A DNA stretch of 64,000 nt from Amphiscolops sp. MND2022 (lineage: Eukaryota): the NCBI GenBank assembly GCA_964187785.1, contig OZ076409.1, forward strand, positions 48,176,001 to 48,240,000. Direction: 5' to 3'. A model generated the notes under the pieces. That model had not been told where the DNA came from. It saw nothing but the letters and a program-made list of their open reading frames with translations, and searched no databases. The first letter of the stretch is position 1, and every line of letters starts with the position of its first letter. Made by a program: the position numbers and the translations under genes. Positions 34,620-48,320 of this stretch are shown here, in pieces.

Positions 34620-37500
34620 TTTTAGTGTGTCTTGGTGTGGTCGTATGTCTTGTCGGTCCATTTTGTTTCCGAACTAATCAATTTCTTCCTTGAAGAATTG
34701 GCATATCTTTGGGTGTAATCTGTATCCTGTATTTTCCAATTTTTTCATCATTTTGCATAGTTTCGCTTCATGTCGCTTCATGTCGCTTTGGTAATTATTT
34801 ATGTGTCGTCGAGCCATGATGGTTGTTTGCATTCCAGCGTTTTATCTTTCCGTTCGTCGGTTGTGGAACTTGGTTCGGAAGTCCGCCAGTCTGTAGAGTG
34901 CTTTACGAAAACGGTAATATCTTGTGAACTCTGGTTGTGTTACGATGAATATGCATAGGTTTCTCGTTTTTCATCCATTTTCATTCGACCGTAAGCATTG
35001 TCAAAGTCAGTTTTCGTAGCCAAGATTTTACTCTCTGTGCCATCGGAAACGTTCCACAATATTCCTGATTTTACTTCTTCCGTATTTGGCACCTGTGCTA
35101 TTCCGCCTAATTTTACTTCTTTTAGTTCTTTTGAGTCGAAAGCAACTTTTTTATTCGAATGGTTTATCGTTTTACTGTGATCCCTGCAAGGCTCACGAAA
35201 CAGTCTTGTCATCTGAGATGCGTTTTCCAAGTAACTCTTTTCATTAACCGTTCTACATCTTCTGCTACTTGGTCGTGAAGATGTGTTCAGATTAGACGCT
35301 CCTTTGGTTGTAATGTTTCTGCCCAATCTTTTAAGGTTACTTTTACTGACAGACTCTTTGTGTCTTTGTTGTTGTAAAACATCTTAGAATATGTTTTGAG
35401 TTGCATCTTTTTTCTCCGTAGTAACCAATTTTAAAATATAGATTTGTATAGCGTCGTTTTTTAGTCGGCGCTTCATGAAGTGAAACGCGACTATTATAGT
35501 GGCTTTTCTTTTTTTGTTTTCAATCCACACAAACTGACCAAAATACTTCCTAAAAGTTCTACAAAATATTATTGCACCAAATTGCACTATTTGGTCTAGC
35601 GAACTGAACCAAAAAAGTTTTTCCTGTTTTCCCGCGTACCATACTATACCCAGGGAGACCAAAGGGTCCCCCCTTCCAATTTTTTTCGGCACTGCGAAAC
35701 ATTTTTTTCCGGAAATTTTTTTTTCAAAGGGTCCTCCCTTCAGTTTTTTTGCTGCTTTGCGACAAAATGGATGTTGGAAAAGCCCAAAGGGTTCCCCATT
35801 TCAGTTTTTTTTGACACTGTGAGATTTTTTTCCGAAAACAAAAATTTTTCCCCTTTTCAATTTTTTGACGTTTTGCGACAAAACCCCTTCAACTGCGACA
35901 AAAATGTTGACAATTTCGGAAGTGTCCCCCTTTCAGCGCGCCAGGGGCTCGCGCTAGCGGGCCCCGGCGCGCCACTTGGTCCATTTTTTGAGTATGTAAT
36001 TTTTTCAAAAATTTTTTTTTCGTGAAACATTCGATTTTCGAGTACTGTAAAAGAGAATACTTGACATTTGGAAGGCTTTTTGCTATTTTTGAGCCTGGGA
36101 TATGGCGCCGACTTGGGCCGGTCCCGGCTTGTTGCATTTAAATTTAGCCCCAGCGTGCGTTTACTATACGCTTCTACATTCAGTTTCTGTCTATGTTATC
36201 AAAAACAGTAAATCAATTGTTTATTTGTGTGATTTTTGTCGACGTTTATTTTTGTCAACGAATATTTTATGTCCAGTAAATTCATTCCCCTGATTGTTCA
36301 AATCTCTTTTAGTGGTTTTCAGTGGTTCAAATTCAGTTATTTTGTTGGACAAACAATTTGGAAAAAAGGTAGCTTGTGATTCGAGGTCGATGAAGAAATT
36401 GATTGTTTCAATCTGACCAAAACGTTGCGTTATAAAATTTCTTTGGTTTGTCACTATTCGTCATCGGAGATTCAATATAATTTCAGTTGCTTCTTCGAAT
36501 GACGATGTTTCTTTTTCGATGTATCGTACTCTTTTCAACGACCTGCAAAGTTTTTTGCATAGGCCCTTCTTTTCGAAGATTGAACATTCTGCCAATTTTG
36601 CGGGACAATTCTGCTGTCTTGTCTAATTTGATGCCCCACATTCTGCTCAGCAATTGTCTCTATATCCGAAATTTCGTATATGGTCTATTTTTTGAAGTGG
36701 TCGTATGCCTTGATGGTGCATTTTCTTTCCGAACTACTCGATTTCTTTCCTGAAGAACTGGCATTTGTTTTGAAATATTCTGCATTCCAATTTTTTCATT
36801 GTTTCGACTACATTCGCTTCATTTTCCTCTACATCGCTTTTGGTTATTACTTATGGTCGTCGAGCTATGATGGTTGTTCGAATTCCAGCGTTGTGTCTTT
36901 CAGTTCTTCGTTCTTGGAATTGGTTCGGATATCCGCCAGTCTGTGAAATGCTCTCCGAAAATGGTATTATCCCGTGAACTCTCCGAGTGTAACGGTGAAT
37001 ATGCATACGTTTCTCATTTTTTCATGCATTTTTATTTGACCGTATGAATTGTCGAACTCATGTTTCGTTGCTAAGATTTCACCTTCTGTTCCATCGAAAA
37101 CGTTTGACAATTTTCCTGAAAAAAATTCCTATAAATTTGGCACTCGTTCCTTTCTGCTTAATATTACTTCTTTCAGACTTTTTGAGTCGGGCGCAATTTT
37201 TTGAATCGTTAATCTTTTTATCGTGAGCACTGCAAGGCTCACGAAACAATCAATTGAAATCTGAGATGAAATTTTGAAATGTACATGTTCTAATAACTGT
37301 TCTAGTTCTTCTGCTATGCAGATGTATCAAGATTGGACGGTCTTTCTGTTGTTTTGTTTCTGTCCATCATTTAATGTTACTTTTACTGACAAATCCTTTG
37401 TTTCTTTGTTGTTATAAGACAGGTTTTTGAATTTTTTCTGATACGGATATTTTTTTCCGTAGTAGCCAATTTTATGATATAGAATACTATAGATTTGTAT
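34620..37500. repeat. Diverged ~1-1.4-kb tandem repeat units, continuing at 55120-56170
   Basis: Shared blocks such as TCCGTAGTA(A/G)CCAA..TATAGAT.TGTAT at ~35415, ~37456 and ~56013, and GTAAATCAATTGTTT at ~36208, ~55183 and ~56134. Confidence 0.75.
35457..36133 (+). mobile_element. HINE-like non-autonomous Helentron
   Basis: 5' TTTTTTAGTCGGCGC with partial inverted repeat; 3' GCGCCGACT followed by the hairpin GCCGGTCCCGGC and TTGTT. Confidence 0.75.
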
Positions 37501-38160
37501 TGTGACGTCATGATGCATGACTTCAAGAATCCTAATATTTGTTAAAGTATATTTAAACTCCCTGACCTAACAGCATGACAGATGCCATTTTATTTAAATG
37601 TTAATACTTCAATTATAGAGATGCTAATATTTCGAATGATTTCATTATAGAAGTAATCCGGTCAATCTCATCTTGTAATGATTTTAGTTCTAAATAACCT
37701 GAATACTGATTGATGTAATAACTGAAACTATATACTCAAAGTAACTTGAATGTTTTAATCTGACAGTGCTCTCATTTAGGAAGAAAAAGAATTCTGAGCT
37801 CTCAGTCTAACTTAGTCAAACTCAGTTCAGTAGAAATGATAGCTATCTAGACGGTACTCCTGATAAGACTTAAAAGAACTTCTTATGTATTCAGTAAAGG
37901 AAATTAAGATAAACATCCAACAAGTCTTTAACAGCTCAATTGGTGCGACCACGAAACTTCTCTTTTCTCTTCCTCTAGTACCTCAAATTCATTCTTCTTG
38001 TAGAAGCTTTCTAATTTTTTTCATTCGATACCTCTTTGTTCGCCATACAGTTTCACCTCCTCTCTCTATCGTATATCAATATTAACTTTCCGTTCCAACC
38101 AATTTTCTCTGAAAATTGATTCGTGTTGGTATGGTTCTGACTACGTTCCATACGTAATTC
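37501..38160 (+). repeat. 5' LTR of the env-bearing element
   Basis: TGTGACGTCATG...CATACGTAA(TT). Colinear with 54467-55119. The exact 3' boundary is uncertain by a few nt. Confidence 0.85.
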
Positions 38161-38302
38161 CTGTCAGTTAAATCTTCTTCGTTCCAACCACTTTTCAAGT
38201 GATACGTGTTGGTCATACTTATTTCCGTTCCAACCACCTCACCCGTGATTCGCGTTGGTTACTTCTCTTTCGTTCCACCGCAGACGTGCGATACGTGTTG
38301 GT
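38091..38302 (+). other. Array of four bulged stem-loop motifs CGTTCCAAC-[variable hairpin]-ATWCGY-GTTGGT
   Basis: Copies at 38091-38130, 38180-38213, 38226-38259 and 38271-38302 (the fourth has CCAC for CCAAC). Inner stems differ in sequence but always pair. Confidence 0.8.
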
Positions 38303-38702
38303 TTCCACAACGTGCTATCCAGCGATTCCTGCTAGTAAAAAACTCTTGGTTCTAGCCGCTTGGACCAACTTTAAAATAGTTGGCACAAAAACATAACACA
38401 GTTTCTCTTCTTTTATACTTCTGTAAACTGATTTTTCACTATAGTACATTCTTCTTCTTTTCTAAAACACTCCTATCTATAATACAAATTCTGATTTATA
38501 ATACAAATTCTATCTATAATACAAACTCTATCTTTGCTAACGTTAATACTAACCTTTAGTACTATTCATATATAACACAAACTCTCCCTTTAATATCATT
38601 TCAATACAAGTTCTAATACAAAATATGTCTTTATTTAATACACTTTTCTTACAACAAGTACAGAACAAAACTTACCTTTAATACAATTAACGTACAAAAT
38701 TA

Positions 38703-39095
38703 ATGCCTTCTATTGACACTTTAGTACGATTTCTAATTCTACTTTGGTTCTCTCTTGGTATACTTGCTGGTATTGCCCTTTTCTTTGACAGATTTTTGGT
38801 TTCTTTTATACCTAAATTCTGATATCTAACATACACTCCAAAATTTCTACAATCCTTATACAACACTCATCTTCATATGATACATACTATAATACTCCCC
38901 CTTTTTGGACTCTTTGGAATATGTTATACATTTTGTACCTTAATTTCACTCACATCTAACAAAGTATTACTTATTTTTCTTACTTTACTCGCTATTTTAA
39001 TTTAAATTACATTTATAGAACTAATTCACTTTGATACAAAATACTTTATTACACAATACCTGTTTTCACTATGGCACAATTTCTTTTCTAACTGA
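38703..39095 (+). pseudogene. Hydrophobic multi-TM ORF upstream of gag, with two in-frame stops
   Basis: MPSIDTLVRFLILLWFSLGILAGIALFFDRF...ILPLFGLFGICYTFCTLISL...VLLIFLTLLAILI; 131 codons in one frame. Confidence 0.45.
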
Positions 39096-42000
39096 TATTT
39101 AATATAATACAAAATATAATGCTTCCGCCTCCATTCCTATTATCCCACAACATAGATCTGCACGTTCAGTCACTCAAGATGTAATACCTTTCTTAAGCAA
39201 CCTAATTTTTCAGTACACCAATCCACTTTCATTTGAAACTGAAGCACATTCAATACATACAATACCATTACTTCGAGAACACTTAGTTTCCTATCTTTAT
39301 TACATCAGGTATAAAACTTTAGAAATTACTCCATCTCAGCAACCTTTTCAAATTATTTTTAACCCAATACAAGATATTAAACCAGGAACATATTTCAGAA
39401 CAATTCACCCTCGAAGTTTGACACTATCGATACAAGATATTTTCATCAGTTATATAGATAAACTTATAAAACACAATGAAAACTTGGATAAACCACTATA
39501 TCGACCTTCTCATCTTGAAAGTTTAAAAGACAAAGCTGATTATTTCGATGTACCTGATATTGATACAAAAATTCAAACACACAGTAATCCCCATTATTGG
39601 CTTCAACAAGATCTTCTACAAGTCACAAACTTCCAATACAAAATTTACACTTCCGAAATATTACACTAACTGACGATACAATACCCCAAATCAAAGTCTT
39701 CTCTCACTTTCTCCTAAAGTATTTTAGATTTAATTATCAACTATTATGGGAACAAAAAGATCAAACCGCATATGTTAACTTTCCTCATGTACTCACAGAA
39801 TGTGAACTCGTACCATTTATCACACAAATACTTTCAAACACTCCTTTTACAAAGACTTCACTACATTTCCTACATCATATTTTGAAAATATCATCTTGAA
39901 CTCTGATTTTATAATAGAACAATCAGAAATTTCTGATAGTAGACCTTATATAACTACTGTTAATATTTCACCATTCAATAAACACATAGTACAAGAAACC
40001 TTTGATAATGATGACAACGTCATTCACCATCAACCAACAACACCACAACCACCATCTCATTTACCACGAGTTACTACTGAATCTATTCAAGATACTCTTG
40101 CAAATCCACACACTTCTTCCACTATTACAGATTCTAATGCTCTTCAAAGACCTACCCACGATATTACAGAAAATACCAAAAATCCCTTTCATCAAGAAGA
40201 TCCCTCTACACTATCTACAATCAATGCTGTTGATACACAACCCCTCCAAACACACCACAGACAAAACTACGATCCTCCGCCTCCTCCATCTAAAACTTCT
40301 ACTCATAGTACTCCTACACATTCACCTCAACAAGGTTCATCTTATACATTTCAAAATAGAGAACACACCCTAACGCAATCACAGTCTCAACTAAATACCC
40401 CTCCACGACAATCTACACAAACAATACAATATATTCCTGTTCAACCTTCAATAACACAAAATCCTAATACCGTTTTTACAATCAATACCCTACATACCAA
40501 TCCTGTAACTAATACAACAACGTCTGGTGCACTATCTAGACCTCCTTTATCACTAATTCAAAACAACCCGCTCTCGTAAAACCTTACTAGTACTAATTTT
40601 CACTCACAACCATCTTCAAACATTACTCAATATAATACTAATATTCAACCCTCTTTTACTCAATTTAACAATCATATCCCTCCTAAAACAATACAAACAA
40701 ACCCACATGTTAACCCGACCTCTATTCAACCTGAAGCGAATACTCTAAACATACCTCCAAATTCCTTTAATTCTCACACTACTCACACTATACCTTCCTC
40801 TACTACACTTTTAACTACATTAAATACCCCAACCTACATTAACTCTTCTGCATCTATTGTCAAACCTATCAAACCTTTTGATGGTTTGGACCACAACTAT
40901 ACACCAGAAGAATATTTACAACATATTGAGGCCCGTGCAACATTTTCTCTAGGATTAAAACCTACTACTGCTCATGAACATAAATTTTTGCACGCTCGCC
41001 GAATGGCTTTTAAACAATGTTCATTAATTGGAACTGCTCTTAGTTGGTAGATTCTTTTGAATGATACTCATAAACAAGAAGAACGCCTATTACGCACAAG
41101 TTGAAGCTCTTAGCTTGGTTAAAAAGACAATGAAATTGTTCGCCATTTTGCACTGAAAGTTCAACAGCTGGTTGAAAAAGGCTGGTGTAATGAGAATGCA
41201 TCGACTATAAATCTCAAATGTAATGAAATCTTCACAAAAGCACTTCCAAAAACTCTTAAAGACTTTGCAAACAAACGACGAGTTAAACATACGTCTACTG
41301 TTTTAGAACCTTCAATTCCTTTTCACACTCTAGTCGACCTTGTTGATGCTGAAGACATCGCAAATGACAAAATACGTACACATTATCTTACTCTGGATGT
41401 CAACAATATTACAAAACAGCTACAAATTCAAACATGAGATTCACAACAATCTGATCAAGTACTGTTTACACAACCTCGAGACCCTAATGCCAAAACTAAA
41501 CCGGCTAACAAGTAATACTGTTTCTACTGTCACAGAACAAACCATTCTATCTCTGCTTGTTTCAAAAAACAACGAGATGATAAAGACAGACGTGATAATT
41601 ATGCAAGATCAAAATCTCCTCAGAAATCTTTTGTACAAAATTTTCGTTCATCCTCCATTGACAAAACATCAAGATATGACACAAGATCAAACGAATATCC
41701 AAATAGATATCGCAGTCGAAGTACATCTCGTAAAAACTATCAGAGAAATAACAATCCCCATTATAGACAAAGATCTACATCTAGAACTCGTTACAATTAT
41801 GATCGAAACACTACTCCTCCACATTACACTCGATCACGTTATGATAATTATCAGTGAGACTCTCGATCACATCGTTCACCATACAGGTCTTCTTATAGAT
41901 CACCATACACACGTGATTCACGTCCTAGATACAAATCTCGATCTTACTCCAGAGATGATAACTTCCAAAAATGCACTTCTTCATATAGACCTCCTTCAAG

Positions 42001-42110
42001 ACCTAAAGATTCCAGATAATCTAGATCTCATTCACACTCTAATACACGAAATAAAGTCAATAATATTCAACCACAATCTCCTATAGATCCAATTACCTTT
42101 GGAATACACA
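39071..42110 (+). pseudogene. gag: long N-terminal and Pro/Thr-rich region, capsid, Zn knuckle, Arg/Ser-rich tail; degenerate
   Basis: IKPFDGLDHNYTPEEYLQHIEAR (~40865); FALKVQQLVEKGW (~41147); CFYCHRTNHSISAC knuckle (~41520); RS-rich stretch at 41700-42050. Confidence 0.8.
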
Positions 42111-45100
42111 TGTATCACCCAACAGAAATGGCAAATGCATTAACTCCCACAATTTGGTTTTACTCCTTACATACACATGTTTCACCAAACCAAACCCAAC
42201 GTGACTATCCATCTAGACTTGAAATTTCTTTTCTCTTGGATAGTCGCGCTTCGATCTCTGTATTAAACTACCCTACTTTGTTACAATTGCAAAACTTCTT
42301 AATATTAAACAAAACAATCCACAAAAATCGTCTAAAACACTAACAGTTGCAAATCAACCAGAAGTTCCTATTTTACACTACGTCACTCTCACCTTAAATA
42401 CAACCATAGAAGATGACTCTCGTCAATTTACAGAACCTTTTGCAGTAGCAGATATAAAATACAAAATTCTTGGTACACCCTGCTTTGAAGAAAATATACA
42501 GAACATAAATCATCAAAATTTTACATTACAATTCAAACATCACTCTAGAGTACACCCAAACTATACAAAATTTACTTCACTTCTATCCAAAGATTACCCA
42601 TATTTCTAATATATCTATCGAATTAACCCAAAAACACAAGTTCGTCTAAAACCTAACTCCTCTAAAGTATCACACTTCCCTATAAACAATTATTACAACC
42701 TTCATTTCTCAACGACTCCACAGAATCAATTTTTCCCTACAAAACCACATACTTATTTTCCTTCAAAATTTCGTAAAACCTTCCGTTTCATTGAAGTTTT
42801 CACGGATGACAAACCAGACAATTGTGCTACAATTATCCAAAACTCTACGAATCTTGTTGCAGCACTTCCTACAGGACACATTGGATATATAGAAGTTTCA
42901 ATGACTAATGAAAAACCTAAATATTACCAAGTCAATGATATAAATACACTCATACACAATGTCACTCATACATACCACCCTAATATTACGGAACCAATTC
43001 CACAAACAAATTACTCTGTACCGCCCAATCATGATACCTTCTCTACTACTCAATCTCTCTATAATGTCCAACCCACTTCTCACACTTCAAAACCTCGAGT
43101 TTTTTCTTCATTACCGTATTCTCCCGAAATTCTCAAATTTATAAACAAATTCAACTTCCAATTTTCTGATCTAACAAATACCGAATACGTTACACTATGC
43201 AACCTATTACTCAAATAGAAAACATGTTATTCTACCCATTAAAATGATGAACCAATCCATTACCGTGATAAACTCAACAATCTTCCTAAAGAACTAGAAA
43301 AACATAACATTATCAAACAAATAGGTTCTTCTCAAGACAAACCAGTCTAAGGCAGAACTTATTTAAATCCTCTTATTATTATACCTAAAGGAGATTCCAT
43401 TAAATGTGTGTTAGATGCACAACACCTTAATTCTAATACAGAACAATCTGACGAATCCTGGCCTATTGAATTTCTTGCTCCACAATTGGCACGAGCGAAT
43501 AAAAATACAAATGTGCAATAGACCTCATGTATGCTTATGCACAAACACCTCTTGATGAAGAAACTATTAAACTTACAAGTTTCTCCTCCGGAGACAATTT
43601 TATCGCATTTATAAGAGGCTTTTATGGTCTCAAAGGACTTCCGAATTTCTTTACAAAACAAATGTCAACCTTTTTCAAACTCTTATTGAACAAGGTTTTG
43701 CTCTTGTTTGCATAGATGATATTTTACTCTTATCAAATTCTAAAGAACATATGTTTCAACTTATCGAACAGTTACATATTATTAGTACAAAAAATAATCT
43801 CAAACTCGCCCGAGACATCCTTTTTCATGCCTCTCAAAGTCAAATTTTTGGGACATGAAATAGGTTACAATACAATCAAACCCATTCATTCAAAAATTGC
43901 AGCCATACATAAAATTTCTTCTCCCACTGGAAAAGTTGCCCTAAAGAGTTTCATAGGTGCACTTAACTTTTATACAAAATTTATAGACAAACTTCATATT
44001 AACCTCAAACCATTTTACGATCTATTACATGAAAACACTCCTTGGAAATGGACAGATGAACATGAACGTTTATTCCAACCATTAAAGACATCTCTTACTT
44101 CTGACACAGAACTTACAATCCCCAAAACAAAACACCCATTCTTTATTAAAGTAGACGCTTCACTTATTGGATTAGGCGCTGTCCTATTTTAATTAAATTA
44201 ACTAAACAAAATGAAAGTTATATCTTACAATTCACGTATATTAAACCCACAAGAACAAAAACTCGCTACTCTTGAACGTGAACTCCTTGGTATAGTCCAT
44301 GCCCTTCAAATCTACGAATTCATCATTATAGATTCCCCCCTTCCGATCCTTATATTCACTGACCACAAACCTCTTTTACATTGTTTTACAAAAAAAGGAA
44401 ACCTTAGTCCACGATTCTATTGAGCTCAAATGCAACTTACCAAATTCTCAAAACATAAAATTATACTTACTCCTGGAAAAAAATTTTCTGTTGCTGACTC
44501 ACTCAGTCGCTCTTTTACGAAAGAAGAACTCCAAATAAATCAATTAAAACACAAACTCCTTCCACCTCAAATTGACTTTACAATATTACAAAACAACACC
44601 CTTAAACCCGTACATTACTTGATCAAACACGAAGAAGTTTTACCACATCAGAAACACGACTCTCATCCAATCCTTGCCGATTATGGTACAGATCAATTGT
44701 CAATACGAATTATTGACAAAGGTAACGATAATATAGTTAAACCGTTAAACTCTTTTTATTCCAAAGCTGTCACTCCCTTTCAATTCAAATTCAAAACACC
44801 TACAAAAAAACATAATAAATCTTTTCATCAACAATCTCTCCTATTGAACGATACTGATGTTACAAGTGATGACGAAGAACATATATACACTAGAATTCCA
44901 AAAAATAATTTTCCTTTCTCTACTGACGAAACGTTACATGATCAAGAAGAAACTTTCTCTACAATCGAAAAATCAACACCCAATACAATACTAAAACCAT
45001 TATCAGAATCAAGTTCTGATATCGATGTACAAACCAATTCAAATCCTATAACACATTCTCCACAAATTAAACCTTTCTATGATCCTCCCTTCTTCGGATA

Positions 45101-46980
45101 CAAAACTCACTTTCAAGGCTTCTTTCTTCCTGATGATTACTCTTTCGACCTCAAAACATTCCAAACACAACAATCCCAAAATCCTATTCTCAGAACTGTC
45201 CATTCTTGGATATCTCGAAATGAGAAACCAGAGTTTCTTACACCTCTAATCACTGGCAACCCTTTTTTACACGCGTATTGCAAACGATTTTCACAACTTT
45301 TTATCGATGATACTACAAACCTCATAAGCCTATATACAACAAATCCGCTTCCTCCTGAAACACATTCTATTTCAATTCCAAAATAAATATATAAAACTAT
45401 TCGAATTTGTCTCCCTTTTAGAATGTTTCAAACTGTATACAGCAAACTTCACGAACACTCTCACACAGGTATCAAAATCACATATAACACTTTTCACAAT
45501 ATTATTACATTCCCCATCTTGAAAAATGGTTATCTATTTTTATACATGACTGTATTGAATGTCAACGAAATAAACACTTCGTTATGAAAATCCAAACTGC
45601 TCCTACACCAGCATTTGCAGAACATGCTCCTTCTTTTAATTACAGAATTTCTATGGACACCAAAGGACCTATCAATCCTCCTTCAGCACACAAATCATAC
45701 ATTCATGTCATGGTCGACGCTTTTAGTCACTTTATTGTTACTGTTCCAATTAAATCAAACAATGCCAAAACCGCAGTTAAAACTCTATTACACCATTGGA
45801 TTACCAAATATGGTCCACCTATATACCTTGTTACAGACCGTGGATCTGAATACATAAATAACGATATGGCACATCTTTGTACTCTTATGGGAATTAGACA
45901 TTCCTCTAGAACAGCTTATTCTCCTTGGACAAACGGCATTGTAGAAGTACAAAACAGAAATCTTGGCACTCACTTCCGTATGTTTTTTCATAACACTCCT
46001 CAAGATTGGGCATTCCAAGTACATGTGTATGCATATGCACACAATTCACAATTAGAACTCCATGTTTCACCGTATGAAATTGTTTTTCACACAAGACCCA
46101 GAATCCCACTTACCTTTGATTTAAACCTTAATCGTAATGCCTCCAAAACTTGTGTTTCACATTATTGTTCTCAACTTCCAGAACATTCACACTACGACAA
46201 AACGGATTTAAACCCATTCTTTTATAAAAATCTCTAAACCTATCCCACAATGGTTTCTCGCTGTCGAAACTGCAATGTTACAAATATACTCCACTGTATA
46301 TTACTACACCCAAAAAAAACTAAATTCTTACGCTTACATTACTAAAACTTATCATGACGGAAAACCACTTCCTATTGGCACTTTTGTACTCAAACGTCCT
46401 TTTGCACATGTCCATTTTTCAGACAAACTTAAACCCCTTCGGATTGGTCCATACAAAATCTTTGATAGATTATCCGATGTTACATATGAACTTCTTGCAC
46501 AAAATGGTTCTACATTACACGTTCATAGAAATCATTTAATACCTTACTATCCTAAAGAACCACTCTTATATCCTCATCTACGTCATTTTATGCGTTTCTC
46601 TGACTCAAATAACTATGATAATAATACTCCAAATCCCAATAATTATGCAAACAGTGACTCATCACCTTTTAATTCCGATGAATCCCTTTCTGACAATCCT
46701 TCGTCATCAGATGACCAAAACCCTTCAAAGAAAGACCTCTTTCATAACTCATCAAATACTAATATTGACGGAGAGTCCTCCGTCAAATATTACCTCACCT
46801 TTCAAACAAATCCTCAAAGTCCCTGATAATGATCAATTTTCCGACAGAACCCGTCTCCCATCTCAAAACCAATCAACACCTCTCTATACTACAGATAATA
46901 GAAATACCAAAACTCATTATAACTTAAGACAACAACCCAAAATGGACTATCGTCTTTTCATACCACCATCCAAACTTTGA
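42110..46980 (+). pseudogene. pol: aspartic protease, RT, RNase H, integrase; multiple stops and frameshifts
   Basis: FLLDSRASISVL (protease, from DSGA); CVLDAQHLN, IDLMYAYAQ, FYGLKGLPNFF, VCIDDIL (RT); VDASLIGLGAVL, ERELLGIV, FTDHKPL (RNase H); ISMDTKGP, VTDRGSEY, NGIVEVQNR and GPY (integrase). Confidence 0.92.
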
Positions 46981-47039
46981 GTTTTTCATTTCAACTCCAA
47001 AATTTATATTCACTAGTTAACCAAACTAACAGAAAAACA

Positions 47040-48320
47040 AATCTAAACAAGCTGAACTATCACACTGGGTTTTTCACCTTAGACATCTTCCTCTGCTCCT
47101 AGTGTACCTTCTTCATCTGAATCTTCGGTTTCACAAGTTACCCAATCAAGCAATGTAACTCCTGTAACCCCTTCAAAACGACCACGATCTCTTATAATTT
47201 AACCACTTCTCCTACACAATCCTCTCAAACAACCTCTACTCATATTAGTAGACCACCTATTGCTGAGATACCACTTACCCCTCGTTCTCGATCTCAACCA
47301 TCAACTCGTACACCGGTAATTCATATACCACATCCTCATACTGTATCACACATTGTAATCTACAAACAGCCAACTGCTAAAAAAACTGCTCGCCTTCCAC
47401 CTCATTACCAACATAAATTAGATCTAGTACAAATCCCTGACATAGAATACACACCTCTTCCTTCATTACACCTACCATCTGAATCGTCTAAAACTACTCA
47501 ACTTACCTTCCTTGAAAACCTCTCAGACACCCTTCAACTTCTCTTTCTAATTTGTTAGATTCTGCATCTGAGTATCAACCACAAACAGATACTTGTAGCT
47601 CCGATATTGTACCTCAACATAGATATAATCTTAGACCTTTACCGAACAGACGCCTCAGTGCTACTGACTCGTCAACACTTAATATTTCAGCACTATCCAG
47701 TAATTCTGCAATACGTCTTCTCAGACAACACGCTCAACCCTTATCTTCTGAAAGCCCACACTCTTCAGAACTTGTCCCACAATCTTATTTTACAACTGGA
47801 GTTGGCACTGCTTCGTTAATTTCCTCTGATGTTCAAACTGTATACCTCTCAGGAAATTTCTTTTCTGAAGTTCTAATACCCACACCTGTGGCTCCTCACG
47901 TAAGAATCCCTGAATATTTTACATCTGTTCACTCAAGACCACCTACTCCCAATTTTGTAGATTATCCTATCCGTGTAGACGGAACGACTATCTACGATCC
48001 TCAAAACGATCCTCGTTTCCCTTTTTTACAGAACATTTTATTGCAAATATTAACTCACTTTCTAATAAAAGAAAAGAACTTGAACTCAAACGTCTTCAAA
48101 ATCCCAACTTTGAATTAAAACTTGAAGTCAAAGTCAAATTCCAAGGTCTTAATCCTCATCCTATATTTCACGTTGCAAAGATTGAACATAAAACAACCCC
48201 TGCTCCGTTTGAAGTCATTTTAACTGATTTTAATCGTGACCCAGAATTACATGACTTAGCTTATGGCAAAATCGTTTTCTACAACCCTTATTTTGGTCTC
48301 AAATATACTACTTCTTTTTA
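47040..48320 (+). pseudogene. Ser/Pro/Thr-rich ORF of unknown function preceding the glycoprotein
   Basis: ORF 47552-48118 plus adjacent frames (KRKELELKRLQNPNFELKLEVKVKFQG...YGKIVFYNPYFGLKY). May be an N-terminal extension of env. Confidence 0.45.

Noticed and set aside
38091..38302. CRISPR-like repeat-spacer appearance
   Set aside because: The variable parts are only ~10-17 nt and self-complementary, there are no cas genes, and the context is a eukaryotic retroelement; better explained as an RNA structure array.
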